From the NCBI GenBank assembly GCA_009914755.4, contig CP068257.2, positions 42,688,001 through 42,752,000 of the forward strand: a stretch of 64,000 bases of DNA. The letters run 5' to 3'. The DNA comes from the human T2T-CHM13v2.0 reference genome, Homo sapiens. Of the stretch, positions 13,701 through 28,138 are shown piece after piece. Both the position numbers and the translations under genes were made by a program. A model generated the notes under the pieces. That model did not search any database. It was given only the letters and a program-made list of their open reading frames with translations, and was not told where the DNA came from. Within the stretch, counting starts at the first letter, position 1; every line of letters starts with the position of its first letter.

Positions 13701-14989
13701 TTCATTTATGTAGTTGATCCTCGAACCACTCAAGAGTTGGGGGCTTCAACACCCCTTAAAGTTGAAAATCTGTGCATAACTTTTGACTCCTCCAAAACTT
13801 AACTATGAGTAGCTCACTATTGACCAGAAGGAAGGCTTACTGATAGCATCAACACATATTTTGTATGTTGTATTATAAACTGTATTCCTACAATAAAGGG
13901 AACTAGAGAGAAGAAAATGTTATTAAGAAAATCATAAGGAAGATAAAATATATTTACATTAAGTAGAAGCAGGTCATCATAAAGGCCTTGCCGTCTTCCT
14001 GTGAGTAGGAGAAGGGGGAGGAGGAGGGGGTGGTCTAGCATCTCAGGGGTGGCAGAGGCGGAAGAAAATCTGCATAGAAGTGGATCCCCGCAGCTGAAAC
14101 CCGTGTCGTTCAGGGTCAGCCGAATGGCCCACGGCTGCCTTCCCACTGCAAGGGCAGAGGCGAGGAGCTGGGACAGAGACCACGTGGCCGGCAAAGCCTG
14201 CCACAGCGACCATGCGGCCCTGTGCAGAGAGTTTGCTGCTCCTGCTCTAGCTGGGACCTCCCTCCTTCCTGGAGTGTCCTCTGAGGAGCCCGCCGCCTGT
14301 CACCTGCTCCCGCGCCTCACTCAGGACCAGAGTGTGCCAGTGCCTGCGGCCCTGTCACTGCCTTTTTCTCCAGTTGTGGTTTCCTCCTGCTGCCAGAGCA
14401 GGGCCCTTTTTACCTGGGCCTCGTGCCCACACCGTGAGAAACACTTTGTGCCAAGTGCTTTCTCCTCTGAACTCGAGAGGACTCTCCATGGAGATTGGTA
14501 CCTGCCAATCGGGTTTTATGGTCGCGTGTCCTCTCTTTTATGGGAAGAATATCGCGTAATTGCTACTGCAGCAGCGTCCGGGCAGACAGACGTGCAGTGT
14601 GCGGTTCTTCTCTAGAAAGGCAGGAGCCGCTCCCAGGGCGATGTGGGCCCGGCTGTTTCATCAGAGATGGTCAGCTTGGTACCTACTTCACCTTAAATGA
14701 TGTTCCCACAGAGGCCCCGGGATACTTGGAAACAAGCGCCCAGCCCCTCTCGCAGATGGCTCTGCAGTTACGACTGTCTTATAAAATATTAACTGCCTTG
14801 CGTTATGTTTTTAGTTAACGAGATGGCTCTCTAGCCAGAAAGCACCCAGGGCAGGGGCACTGGATGGGGCTCTGCTGACATGGAGCGGGTGAAAGGGAGG
14901 GCGTCTTCACCTCCTTTGTCTGTTAAGGGGGCTCTAAGACACCTCTCTGGGGGTGTTGCTGATTGTGATAGGACCCAACTCCTGCAGTG

Positions 14990-15165
14990 GGTGCTCGTCG
15001 AGCACATCTAGTTGCAGGGTGGACCGGGCGAGGACTGTACCGTCCAGCAGGGCGCAGCTGCGGGTGTGTGGGGACACTGTGTCTAGTTGCAGGGTGGACC
15101 GGGCGGAGGACTGTACCGTCCAGCAGGGCGCGGCTGCGGGTGTGTGGGGACACCGTGCTGGCCAC
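14990..15165. repeat. About 75-bp tandem repeat, 2.3 copies (GTTGCAGGGTGGACCGGGCG(A/G)GGACTGTACCGTCCAGCAGGGCGC(A/G)GCTGCGGGTGTGTGGGGACAC(T/C)GTG)
   Basis: Direct reading. Confidence 0.85.
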
Positions 15166-16189
15166 TCTGGAGGGCAGCTTCCGGCCATGCTTGTGCAGAG
15201 CACAGTGTCCTGAAGAGGTGACAGTGTCCTGAGTGCTGTCCTACACCAGGGGCTATGACCGCCTTCCCACCACTTTGCAGGCACCAGGATGGTGGGTTAG
15301 TGAGATGGTGGACATCCTTGGGCGCGCCAGCACCGCTGGCTGGCTCATCTGCGGAGGGCCTTCCAGAGGCGTGTGCTCTGGGCAGTAGTCTGGGCAGCAG
15401 GCCTGCACACCCAGGGAGGAAATGAGGGTGGCGGGTCAGGCAGTAGTCTGGGGGCACCCTCCCTCCTCCCAGATCAGAGGCCACAGGACCTCTTCACTTC
15501 CCTGGACATGGAGGCCAGCAGGGCCCAGGAATGGCAGCCGGGTATCGCCCGCTGGTGGCAAGGAAGGGGCGGACAGTGTGGCTTTGTGGGGTGAAAGGGC
15601 GTCTGGGTCACTTGGGAAAGGCACATTCGCCTTCTCAGGCATCAGAGGGCAGTCCCCGTCCCTCCCCAAGCCAGAGAGTGGGCAGCACACAGGGTGGAGT
15701 TAGACATCCATGGGGCCCCGTGGCCAGCACCTGCCGCGATGGGGACTGCTGGGCTTGATCTTTCTGGCTGTTCCTGTCCCCTCCACTGTGACACATCCAG
15801 GGAGCAGGCCCTGAGCCTGCCCCAGCCTTGGGGTCCTGCCTCTCTCACTGGGAATGGTCCCTGGCTTGGGGCCACATCTGGGGTGCTGGGGGAGGGGGCT
15901 GCAGAGGTCTTCGAGAAGGGGGTCCTGGGTCTCGTTGTGGGGGGGGTCTCACTCAGGCCCAGGTCCCCCTGCGACTCCTGCCCTGCCTTTCCCGCTCCCG
16001 TTGGCCATTCAGGGCTTAAAGATAATCGCGGCACTCGCCGGTTTAAAGGAGACACGTGCCCCCAACCCTCCGAAGGCACACATCCGCGCGAGGGTCCGGT
16101 TCCAGGTCTCTGGGGGAGGGCGGGCTCGCAGGCGGGGTGTCTGGGCCCAGCCTTCCCTGGCGTGTCCTTGGCTCTAGCTGCGGGCGCGG

Positions 16190-16362
16190 GACGCGGCGCG
16201 GGAGACGCTCTCCGGGCTGAGTGACGCAGAGCGCTGCGGGCGGCTCCACTGCACCGGGCACGCGGCGCACGCTCGGGCGAGATGTGGATGGCCCCGCGGG
16301 GCCAGGGCGGCGGTGCTGCGCGGGGACGCGGGTGACGCCGGGGCGCGGGCGGCTCCGAGCAG
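16190..16362 (+). other. TRPM2: Candidate TRPM2 non-coding exon 1 (5'UTR). The 5' boundary is uncertain.
   Basis: A strong donor CGAGCAG|gtaggtgcc at 16362/16363 lies inside a CpG island. The position is about 10.8 kb from the CFAP410 TSS, matching my recollection of the spacing between the two genes' 5' ends. It lies upstream of the ATG exon at 19787, which has an acceptor. No cap-site evidence can be obtained from sequence alone. Confidence 0.4.
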
Positions 16363-16539
16363 GTAGGTGCCCGCCGGGGCCGGGGCGAGGGCGCGAGCCC
16401 GGGTGCGGGGACTGAGGCGGCCGTCCCGGGAGCTTGTGAAGGTTGAGGCGGGGTGCAAGGGCGCGGACCGGGGTGCCGAGTGCGTGCAGGGGTGCGGGGT
16501 GCGGGGACCGAGGCGGCCGGCCCCGGTGCTGCTGCAGGG

Positions 16540-16830
16540 CGCGGCGGAGTGCAGGGGCGCGGTGGGGTGCAGGGGCGCAGGCGGGGTTCGGGGCGCTGGT
16601 GCAGGGCGCGGTGGGGTGCAAGGGCGCAGGCGGGGTTCGGGGCGCTGGTGCAGGGCACGGCGGGGTGCAGGGGCGCGGGTGGGGCTCGAGGCGCTGGTGC
16701 AGGGCGCGGTGGGGTGCAGGGGCGCGAAGGGGCTCCGGGCACTGGTGCAGGGTGCGGTGGGGTGCAGGGGCGGGCGGGGTTCGGGGCGCTGGTGCAGGGG
16801 CACCGGTGGGGTTCGGGGCGCGGACTGGAG
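16540..16830. repeat. 51-bp GC-rich minisatellite, about 6 copies (GCGCGGTGGGGTGCAGGGGCGCAGGCGGGGTTCGGGGCGCTGGTGCAGG), in the TRPM2 promoter CpG island
   Basis: Direct reading. The G-rich strand is the TRPM2 sense strand. Confidence 0.9.
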
Positions 16831-18820
16831 CACCCAGTGTGCGCAGAGGCGCGGGGCGCTGACTGGGAGCCGGGTGCGGTCTGTTTGCGGGACGCCTTGC
16901 CGCTGGAGCGACCCTGTCCGGCTGGCGCGAGGGGACCCGGGGATGAGGGACTCAGCCGTCCTCGTGCCCCTGCCCGTCCGCCGGGACAGCAGGGCCCGCT
17001 TCTGGGGCGCTTACTTCCTCCGTCCCCGCACCCGCCTCTGCCTGCCCAGTCTCCGAAGCGCTGGCTTTCACGCGGGGATTTCAGAAGATGCCCGAGCAAC
17101 CTCCAGAGAGGGCAGGGAGGCCACACGGTGTACCGAGGGAGTGCAGGGCGCGCCTGTCCCAGTCCTGCTGGTGCCAGAGGCCCGCCCTGCCCAGACAGAA
17201 CCTTCCATTTCCCCGGGGAATCTGCTGGGCTGGGCTGGGCTGGCTGGGGGCGGGTGGGCACACCAGGATCCTCTCGAGTCGCCTGGTCCTGGGCTCGCGT
17301 GCCAACGAGTCTTCTTGAATTCGGCCTAGGTGATGGTGGTAGTGGTCTTCCCGCTGCCACCCCTGCCATGCGGGACCCCCGGGGCTGAGGGAGGGGCTGC
17401 TCAGTGGCTAACCCTGAAGGGTAGGGAATGCTGCCCCAACCCACACTCCCTGGGGCTCCACTGCCCCCTTTCTCCGGGAATAGCTCTGTGCAGGGCTTGG
17501 GTTTGGAAATCCACCCACATGGGGCCTTGCCTTGCTCAGGCCTGCTTCATGCATCTGTCTTCTGGAAGCTCATTTCCTGAGTGCTCTCAACACTCACACC
17601 TGTGCCAGTTGCTTGTGGAGAATTTTAGCTGTGAACCAGGGTGGCCCAAGCTGTTCTCAGGTGACTTGTGAGAAAGGGATTGAGCCTGTAATTTTGGGTA
17701 GAAGAACCCCAGAAAGGGCTGGATGGGCCCTTGGAAGGTCGTTGCCAGGCCTGGGTTTTCAGGGTTCTGCACCCCTGGGCTGAGGCTGAGGCACCCGTCC
17801 TGTTGGGCACTGGGTCGAGCCATTGGCCCCCCCACAGCGGGCATCAGATGCTCACAGGGGCTCCTGGCTGCCTCCTGCAAAGTCGGGTGGTGCTGGAGCA
17901 GGTCTGACCTGCTTCCCAGGGCCTGCTTGCCTCTGGGATTAGAGGAACCTGCACAAGACCCCAGGGGCTGTGCTGAGGTGGACAGCTGCCTGAAAGATGA
18001 GCGTGTGAACAGAACATGCTGGTCTTAAGGCAGAGAGTCCCACACCGTGGACCCTCCCGTCTGATGCTGGGGTCTTCGTTTCCAGCGTGGAGCCATCCTC
18101 ATCCCGTGCAGGGTGGACCGCCTGCCTGGGGAGCCACCTGCAGTCTGGGTCCCCTTGCGGTGCCACTGCGATCTCTCTAGAGCCTCCTCTTCCTCCTGCC
18201 ACTGGGGACATCTCTGCCCCTCTGCTTCCCTCGGAAGCTGGTTGTGAAGCCGGGCCAGTGGCTGCGGGGACAGCTCATGGCCCTGGAAAGACCCCACTGG
18301 CATGCGGCACAACATCTGCTCTGAGAACTGCAGGAAAAGGCCGGGCAGGGCACCCCTGCCATCCTGCCAGTGAAGTTTACGGGTCTCGGAATGAGTGTGG
18401 CCAAGGGGCAAAGGGGAGGAGGGAGAGGGGGAGGTGGGGTTGCCTGAGAGTGCCCGCCCCAGGACAGCAGCCCGTAGCTCAGCCCCAAGAGCCCGGCACC
18501 GAGCTTCGAGCTGCGTGGCCCCGAAGAGGGGCTCAGTCACCTAATGTGATGAGGGGACGGCAGAGCAAAGGCTTGTCTGACAGTGACCGTCGTGTGTAGT
18601 GGAGAGGACGTGGCCAGAGATCTGGTTTCAGGGCAGGGATGAGGGGGGATTCCAGTCAGATCTTTTGCATCCCAGCAACCCTCCCCTTGACACCTTTGGG
18701 GCAGTGGCAGGGGATGACCATGGATGACCTCATGAGAACACTGTGGGTGTCAGGGACTCAGGGAGGCCCCGCAGGGCTTGAACATGCTTATGTTTCTCAT
18801 TTGTAAAGGGAGGGCAGTCA

Positions 18821-19286
<466 letters not shown>

Positions 19287-19786
19287 CTATTTAAAAAAAT
19301 TTTGGAATATGAAAGTAGTCACTGGTGTCTGGAAGCAGGAGCTGTGCAGAATTGTACAGTTGCGAAACCATGTCGCTGGCAGCTGGTGCTGGCGGTGGAG
19401 ACTTCCCTGTGCGGTGCTCAGTGCAGCTGCACCCGTGGGGGAGGGAGCTCTTTCTCTGGCCCTGCAGTGACCTGAGGTTGTTACCATTATGAACGGCCGC
19501 TGGGACCCCCGCATGTGCATGTACTCCCCCAGAGTGTCCGGGGGCCCCAGCCAAGGGACACAGCTCAGGCAGCTGGGAACATGTGCAGGCTGATGAAGAG
19601 AACCGGATGAGGGCTTCACATGAGGAAGCATGTGGCCAGGTCCTCTCAGAACATCAGCCTCATCTTCCTGTCTCTGATCTATTTCAGCAACCACCCCATG
19701 TGTCTCTAGAACCCCAGTGTAGCGAGCTGGAGAGAGGACTGTCCTGAGGGCAGCAGGCCTGGTTGCAGCTGGCGTGGGGGTCTCAG

Positions 19787-19952
19787 AATGGAGCCCTCAG
19801 CCCTGAGGAAAGCTGGCTCGGAGCAGGAGGAGGGCTTTGAGGGGCTGCCCAGAAGGGTCACTGACCTGGGGATGGTCTCCAATCTCCGGCGCAGCAACAG
19901 CAGCCTCTTCAAGAGCTGGAGGCTACAGTGCCCCTTCGGCAACAATGACAAG
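19787..19952 (+). CDS. TRPM2: TRPM2 first coding exon (ATG at 19788). Encodes MEPSALRKAGSEQEEGFEGLPRRVTDLGMVSNLRRSNSSLFKSWRLQCPFGNNDK.
   Basis: Acceptor tctcag|A, ATG at 19788, donor AAG|gtaggc at 19952/19953. The 55 codons match the human TRPM2 N-terminus and are anchored to ORF 19788..20033. Confidence 0.92.
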
Positions 19953-20734
19953 GTAGGCTTTCTGCTGGTCAGCCTGCAGTTGGCACGTGGCCACGGAGGT
20001 CACCGTTGGGCAGGTCATAGCTTGAGGCTGTGACGACGGGGGTGGGAAAGGGTCTGCTGACCTTGGGGGCTCCTGCCCAACCATACCTTTGGGAGAACAG
20101 AACTGGGGAGGGTGATGCGTGTCTCGTCTTCTGTGGGTTGCATGACCATTTCCCATGGTTGGTCTGATTGGGAAATCACCGGGTTAACTCAAAAATGTTG
20201 CGCTAGAGTCCTGGAAATCTGTTACCCGTGCTTACCTTGTTGCATAATGATTTCACATCCTTTATCCGATTGGGAGGGCCTGGGCCTGGGCTAGCTTTCC
20301 CCAAAGCCCTGGATACAAAGACACAAGTATGTTGAAAGCACATGGCATCTTGCAGTCCCCTTGCCAGGCAGGCAGGAGGGTGGCTGCCCTTTTTCCGATG
20401 GTGCAAGATCCAGGTCCCCAGATCCCCAGCCTCCACGTTTTCCACCACACCATGTTGTTCCCAAGGAAGGTGGTGGTGCTGTAGAAACTGTAAAGTGCGC
20501 GCACATTCAAAATGGTCCCAAGAGGAAATGATTTCTTAGATTCATTCCTCCCTCCTGAATCCCCACCGGAGAGTCTTGGCAAGGTGCTTCTAATCTTTGG
20601 CTCAGGGTCGCGCAGGCTTCCTTCCTTCAAGCAAATAGTGTGAAAGCTCCTCAAGGAGCTCAGATGTGTCTCCAGGGGGCTGGGTGTGCTCTTTCGAATG
20701 TTGGAAGATCTCAGTGTGCTGTCTTTACCTTCAG

Positions 20735-20823
20735 CAAGAAAGCCTCAGTTCGTGGATTCCTGAAAACATCAAGAAGAAAGAATGCGTGTATTTTGTGGAA
20801 AGTTCCAAACTGTCTGATGCTGG
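20735..20823 (+). CDS. TRPM2: TRPM2 coding exon 2 (89 nt). Encodes QESLSSWIPENIKKKECVYFVESSKLSDAG.
   Basis: Acceptor ctttaccttcag|CAAGAA, donor GCTGG|gtaagtg. The start phase is 0 and the exon ends in phase 2. It continues the TRPM2 sequence. Confidence 0.9.
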
Positions 20824-22150
20824 GTAAGTGACGTGATTTGTGTGTAAGACCTCTGACTTCTTCCTTCCGATCCCACATGGAGTAGCTGATCAGGCCAAGA
20901 CCCCTCAGGGCCTCAGTGAAGGGTCACTGGAGATACCTCTGTCTCCATACGAGGCTTAGAGTCCACAGAGCATTTCCACCTAACCCTTGCAAGCCTCCTG
21001 TCGGGGACAGTTGACCCTCATCCTGCCTCGCAGGTGCAGGGACCAAAGTGCAGAGTTTAGGTGACTTGTTCAGGGTCATAAGGGCACTGTCGCGCGGCGA
21101 GGCCCAGTGGTGTGAACACAGATGCATCCTCTAATCCTCTCATTTCCACACCTGCCCCCACCCCAAGAGAGAGAGTCCCAGGGTCCAGGAACTGGAAGGG
21201 CCTTAGGGAGAGTCCATGGCCAGAAGACTGCCCCCCTGCACAGCTTGCCAAAGCCAGAGGCCCGACTTGCCCCCAGGCCCCACAGAGCCCCCTTTGCCCC
21301 TCCTCCCCACAGAGCCCACGACTCAGGTGTGGCCAAGACCCCCGCCCAGGCAACATGGCCACTGTCTCTGAGTGGCTGGATATGGCCCTCCGGAGCCGAT
21401 GGTGCTCCCCGCAGTTGGCGCCCCTTTAGGCACGGACAGAGTGTTGATTCATGTTTGTGTGCCCTCCCCGAGCAACACCCATTTCATGCTCTTCCACAAA
21501 TGGGCCACACGCTTCCTCCTTTTACTCCATTGCCTGGTGAGCTCCTACTTATCCCTCAAGGCCTATTGCAGATGCTGCCTCTGCCGTGCAGCCTTCCGTG
21601 ACTATACAACCTCTACCAGGAAGTGAGCTTCCCTCCTACCGCACCGTGTGTTTCTCTTTGATCCCAGCTGTCGTGCTGTAACTGTGTGGCTTTGTGTTCA
21701 TCTTTCTTGCTAGCTGCTGAGCTTCTGGGGGGCTGGGACGAAAGCAGAGTGTTGTGTTAATTCCCAGAGAGTGGCCTTCAGCTCATATTTACTGAATATG
21801 GGGAGGGAGAAGCATCCTGTGCTTGGGAAATAGAAGAAGACTGTGTTGCCCCAGGGTACCTCTAGTGTACTCGGTACATCATCAGAGTTTCACGGTCACC
21901 AATACAACAGCTGTCCCTCCGCATCCCTGGGGAATTGTTCCCGGACACCCACGGACACCAAAATCCCATATCTCGTATCAGTCCCAAAATCTCATATCAA
22001 GTCACTGATATGAGATGGTGTGGTATTTGCATATAAACTATGTACATCCTTCAGCATACTTTAAATCATCTCTAGATTACTTATAATACCTGATACAATG
22101 TAGATGTTATAAAAATAGTTATACTGCATTTAAAAAATTTGTATTTTTGG

Positions 22151-22265
22151 GCCGGGCGCGGTGGCTCACGCCTGTAATCCCAGCACTTTGGGAGGCCGAG
22201 GCAGGTGATCCACCCGCCTCGGCCTCCCAAAGTGCTGGGATTACAGGCGTGAGCCACTGCATCTG
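22151..22265. mobile_element. Fold-back Alu fragment: a perfect 40-bp inverted repeat (22163-22202 and 22216-22255) around a 13-nt loop
   Basis: GGCTCACGCCTGTAATCCCAGCACTTTGGGAGGCCGAGGC then aggtgatccaccc then GCCTCGGCCTCCCAAAGTGCTGGGATTACAGGCGTGAGCC. The arms are exact reverse complements. Confidence 0.85.
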
Positions 22266-22620
22266 GCTATGTTATTTTTAATTGTTTTTTTTTTTCCTGA
22301 ATATTTTTAGTCTGCGTTTGGCTGAATCTGCAGATGCAAAACTCGCGGCCATGGAGGGCTGGATGTAGAGACAGTGATGAAGAGCCCCATGTGGAAGGAG
22401 CGGGGTCTGTAGAGCAGTGGTACTCCAGCCTCGGAGCTCACCCTTGTTACTGGAAAGGGGTCCCGATCCAGACCCCAAGGGCGGGTTCTTGGATCTCACA
22501 CGAGAAAGTATTTGGAGCGAGTCCACAGAGTAAAGTGAAAGCAAGTTATTAACAATGTAAAGGAATAAAAGAATGGCTTCTCCATAGGCAGAGCAGCCCT
22601 GAGGGCTGCTGCTTGGCTAT

Positions 22621-22865
<245 letters not shown>

Positions 22866-25106
22866 TAACAAGGGTGGATTATTCATGAGTTTTATGGGAA
22901 AGGGGCGGGGATTTCCCAGAACTGATTTCCTCTTTCTTTCAGACCATACAGGGTATTTCTGATGTTGCCATGGCATCTGCCAACTGTCATGGTGCTGGTG
23001 GGAGTGTCTCTTACATGTTAATATGTTATAATTAGCGTGTAATGGGCAGCGAGGATAACCAGAGCCCACTTTCGTCGCCATCTTGGTTTTGGTGGGTTTT
23101 ACCCAGTGTCTTGCACCCTGTTTTATCAGCAGGGTCTTTGTGACCTGTGTCTTCTGCCGACCTCTTGTCTCATCCTGTGACTTAGAATGCCTTAACCGTC
23201 TGGGAAGGCAGCCCAGCAGGTTTCAGCCTCATTTCACCCAGCGCCTATTCAAGATGGGACTCACTCTGGTTTGAACGCCGCTGACACCCTGACCTGCTGT
23301 GTCCTGAGAAGCCTAGGTGAGGCCCCGTGGGTCTGGGGCCTCTGCCGGTCGGCTCTGCGTGCTTCTCACATGGAAGTGGAAACCCTTGGGGCAGCAGGGC
23401 CCAGAGAGGAAGGGGTGCTGACCTGGATCAGCTGTAAGCAGGACAGACTTGCTTCTGGAGGTCCCCAAAGCCTTCCCCCATGCTCAGGGGTTTGCTAGGA
23501 CTCACAGCTGTGCACACAGCTAAGGTTTATCATGGTGAAGGCCTACGTGATGGGCTTGGCAAGGGAGAAAGACACAGGCCGAGTCTGGAGAATCTGAGGG
23601 CAGGCTGCTGCGGCTCTCCTGTGCAGGCGCCATGCATGCTCCTTCCTCCAGCCGAGAAGCACGTGGCCACCTGCAAAGCCCATTCGAGGCTCAGAGCCCA
23701 GGGCGTGCATCCTGCGCTGGCCACGTGGGCCCCTCTGCATGGCAACCACCCAAATTCCAGACTCCCAGCAGGAAAGCAGCTGTTCAGCACAAACCCATTG
23801 CAGGAACAGTCCAGGCCCGGCAAAGCACTCCTAGCAGTCAGGGGACGGAGAGACGCTCCAAAAGCCCCGTTCCCAGACACCACCTTGAAAGCAGGCCCCT
23901 CTGAGAAGGCAACCTGAGATCTGCTGCACCGAGTCTGTCCCGCACAGAAGCCTCTCTCATCTCACCGACCACGGTGGTCACTGCAGCAGGATGGGAAGAG
24001 GGACCAGGTGTGTTCCTGGCTGTTCCTTCCTGAGGAGTGGATGGAATGTCCCTCCTTCTTGTGGAAAGACCAGGGCGGAACGAGTGGTGAGCATCGTCTG
24101 CCACAAACACAGCTTTTGAAGCAGATTTATTTACACCACGTACATGTTTCCATTAAGCATGGTAGGGTCTTCCTACCCCACTCGTCCAGACCTGGAGCCC
24201 CTCGACACCCGCCCGGGTAATCCCACTGCTTAGCCCCACGTCCTGGTAACCCTCCTCAGCTCTGCACAGACTCGTCTCATTTCCGTGTCTGCTGTGGCCA
24301 CCCTGGTCCAGACCTTTGTGCTCACATTTTGCCACCATGGATCTCATGACCTTGGGCAGATGACTTCTCTTCCCTGGGCCACCAATCCTCATCTGTGAAG
24401 CGCAGAGACTGGAGGGGATGCCTCAGAATTCACGCGCACATGCGGTGGGGGTGGGGAGGCAGGGAGCCCCCCCTTGGGTGGCAGGAAGGAGCCCAGGTAG
24501 GAGAGAATACACCTCCAAGAGCTCTCATTTCCCGTGGGGTGCCGGGGGTGGTGTCCCCTTTACGCCTATCTGGGCCGAGTTCCGAGCGAGCTCTCCGGCG
24601 ATGTAATTTCTGGATCAGTGGCCGCAATGCAGTTTCCAGCATCACATCAGGCTTGCAAACGCCATGCAGGTTCAAGTTCCAATCTCATCAGAGGTGATCG
24701 TTCAAGGACAAGAGGGACAGGAGGTAGCTTGTGATAGGCTGTTAGGAACATACAAGGACATTTGGGGCAGCATTGGAGCAAGACGGGAGAGCTCAGGTCC
24801 TTGTCTAGGGAACTCCTTTCCCCACCTCCGACCCAGGTCTCTCATCCATAAACAGTGGAGGTCACATTGTGTCCGGAGTTGGTTCCTTCCCGGGGGTCTT
24901 GGTCTCCCTGACTTCAAGAATGAAGCCGGGGACCTTCGCGGTGAGTGTTACAGCTCTTGAAGATGGCAGGGACCCAAAGAGTGAGCAGCAGCAAGATATA
25001 TTGTGAAGAGCGAAAGAACAAAGACTCCTCAGCGTGAAAGGGGACCCGAGCGGTTTGCCGCTGCTGGCTGGAGGGGTGGCCAGCTTTTATTCCCTTATTT
25101 GTCCGC

Positions 25107-25410
25107 GCCCGTGTCCTGCTGATTGGTCCATTTTACAGAGCGTTGATTGGTCCATTTTACAGAGACCTGCTTGGTCCATTTTACAGTGTGCTGATTGGTC
25201 CATTTTACAGAGCACTGCTTGGTCCATTTTACAGTGTGCTGATTGGTCCATTTTACAGAGCACTGCTTGGTCCATTTTACAGTGTGCTGATTGGTCCATT
25301 TTACAGAGCACGGCTTGGTCCATTTTACAGTGTGCGGATTGGTCCATTTTACAGAGCACCAATTGGTCCATTTTATGGTGTGCTGATTGGCGCATTTTAC
25401 AATCCTCTTG
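25107..25410. repeat. About 30-bp tandem repeat, 10-12 copies, with core TTGGTCCATTTTACAG. A further 2.5 copies lie at 25775-25840.
   Basis: Direct reading. The stop-free frames give ORFs 25034..25456 and 25143..25598. Confidence 0.9.
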
Positions 25411-25612
25411 TAAGACAGAAAATTTCTCCAAGTCCGCACCCAACCCAGAAGTCTAGCTGGCTTCACCTCTCAACATCAGGTGCTCGCAAGATCCCTGCAA
25501 GTCTGAAGTGCCTTGAGCGTGACCTTAGGGGTTTGTACGGATTTGGATTTGTAGGGTGCACATCCGGGAGGAATTATTTTTCCCATTTTAATGATTGAGA
25601 AACTGAGTGTAG

Positions 25613-26182
<570 letters not shown>

Positions 26183-26569
26183 CTCATCTGAACTTTTCTA
26201 GGTTATTTGTTACCAGCAAAAAATTGGAATCTAAAAATATGGTGGATTTCCAATTAAACAAGTTACAAAGAACACATAAATTTATCTCTTCTTGCCCTGA
26301 AACACCAATGAATTGCAGTAAAGCAAAAAAAGACTTCAACCCACAAAGAAAAAAGAGGGAAGTTAGCAGTTGAAGAAAGAGATTGCCGCATTCTTGCCAG
26401 AGGAAGGGGAGGAGGCAGAGTAGCAGGTCCTGAAGGCTGGCGACTCGGGCAGCTCCTGCCGTCCCCAGGCGAGGGGAGGAGGTGGGAGACCTTGGGCGAG
26501 GTGCTAGCCCCATGTCATCTGCTTGGAGCCTCCATTTGTGTGTGCTTTTAACTTTTTATTTTGAAATAA

Positions 26570-27004
<435 letters not shown>

Positions 27005-27289
27005 TTATGTCATTTTTCACATGTGTATTTGTGTAACTACCACCGTGGTCAAGATACAGCACTGTCCATCTCCACCGAGCTCTTCCTGTACTTCCTCCGT
27101 ATGGTCAGCTCACCTTCTCCCCCATCATCCCTGATCCCTGCAACCACCAGTCTTTCTTCATGCCTATCATTGTGTCATTTCAAGGATGTTACGTCAATGG
27201 AATCATACGCTACATGACCCGTGTCTTTTTCCCTCAGCACAGCGCACTTGATATCCATCCAAGTTGCTGCTTGTGTCAATATTATTATT

Positions 27290-27550
27290 ATTATTATTTT
27301 TGATATGGAGTCTCATTCTCTGGAGTGCAATGGCACGATCTCAGCTTACTGCAACCTCCGCCTCCCGGCAACTGGGAGTAGCTGGGACTACAGGCATGCG
27401 CCACCACGCCTGGCTAATTTTTGTATTTTCAGTAGAGACAGGGCTTCACCATGTTGTCCAGGATGGCTTTGAACTCCTGACCTCAAATGATCCACTCGCC
27501 TTGGCCTCCCACAGTGCTGGGATTACAGGTGTGAGCTACCACACTCGGCC
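27290..27550 (-). mobile_element. Alu SINE (TSD ttgtgtcaa.attatt)
   Basis: Minus-orientation Alu with a 5' truncation or deletion. Confidence 0.85.
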
Positions 27551-27852
27551 TTGTGTCAACATTATTTAACTGCTGAATATTCCTTTCCCTTTCGCCTTGC
27601 CTGTGTCATTACACTTCAAGTGAGATTTTGGTAGACGTCAAATAATTGGGTCCTATTTTTTTAAATACATTCTGTCAATCTGTTTTTTAATTGTCATATT
27701 TAGAAAATTTATATTTAGTGTAATTATTGGTATGTTAGGGCTTATGTCTGCCATTTTATTTTTTGTTTTCTGTTTGTTCTGTGTTTTTTTTTTGCCTTCT
27801 TGTGGGTTACTTGAACATTTTTTAGAATTCTATTTTGATTATTCATACTATT

Positions 27853-28138
27853 TTTGTTTTTTGGAGACAGAGTCTCACTCTGTTGCCCAGGCTGGAGTGC
27901 AGTGGCACGATCTCGGCTCATTACACCCTCCACCTCGCTGGGCTCAGGTGATCCTCCCACCTCAGTCTCCTGAATAGCTGGGACTACAGGCATGCACCAC
28001 CATGCCCGGTTAATTTTTGTATTTTTGGTAGAGACAAGGTTTGGCCATGTTGGCCAGGCTGGTCTCAAGCTCCTGAGCTCAAGCAATCTGCCCACCTTGG
28101 CCTCCCAAAGTGTTCGGATTACAGGCGTGAGCCACTGC
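27853..28138 (-). mobile_element. Alu SINE (TSD acactattttt)
   Basis: Canonical minus-orientation Alu. Confidence 0.9.

Larger units (their letters stand above)
15900..17320. promoter_or_regulatory. TRPM2: CpG island, probable TRPM2 promoter region. It contains a 51-bp minisatellite.
   Basis: Extreme GC and CpG content over about 1.4 kb. It lies 2.5-3.9 kb upstream of the TRPM2 ATG exon and contains the candidate exon 1 donor. Confidence 0.6.

Noticed and set aside
10549-15700. Multiple 60-200-aa ORFs in unique intergenic sequence between the genes
   Set aside because: No splice-site-bounded structure or recognisable protein similarity was found. This is GC-rich intergenic DNA, although I cannot exclude unannotated lncRNA exons from sequence alone.
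15642-17444. 600-aa minus-strand ORF, plus overlapping 311-320-aa plus-strand ORFs
   Set aside because: They lie entirely within a CpG island and minisatellite with over 75% GC. The proteins are low-complexity (Pro/Ala/Arg or Gly/Arg-rich) and open in several overlapping frames at once. This is the behaviour of stop-poor GC-rich DNA, not of a gene. No splice structure or conserved domain is present.
25034-25598. ORFs encoding [13 protein letters not shown]... or GPFYRALLGPFYSV...
   Set aside because: They are periodic translations of the about 30-bp TTGGTCCATTTTACAG tandem repeat.
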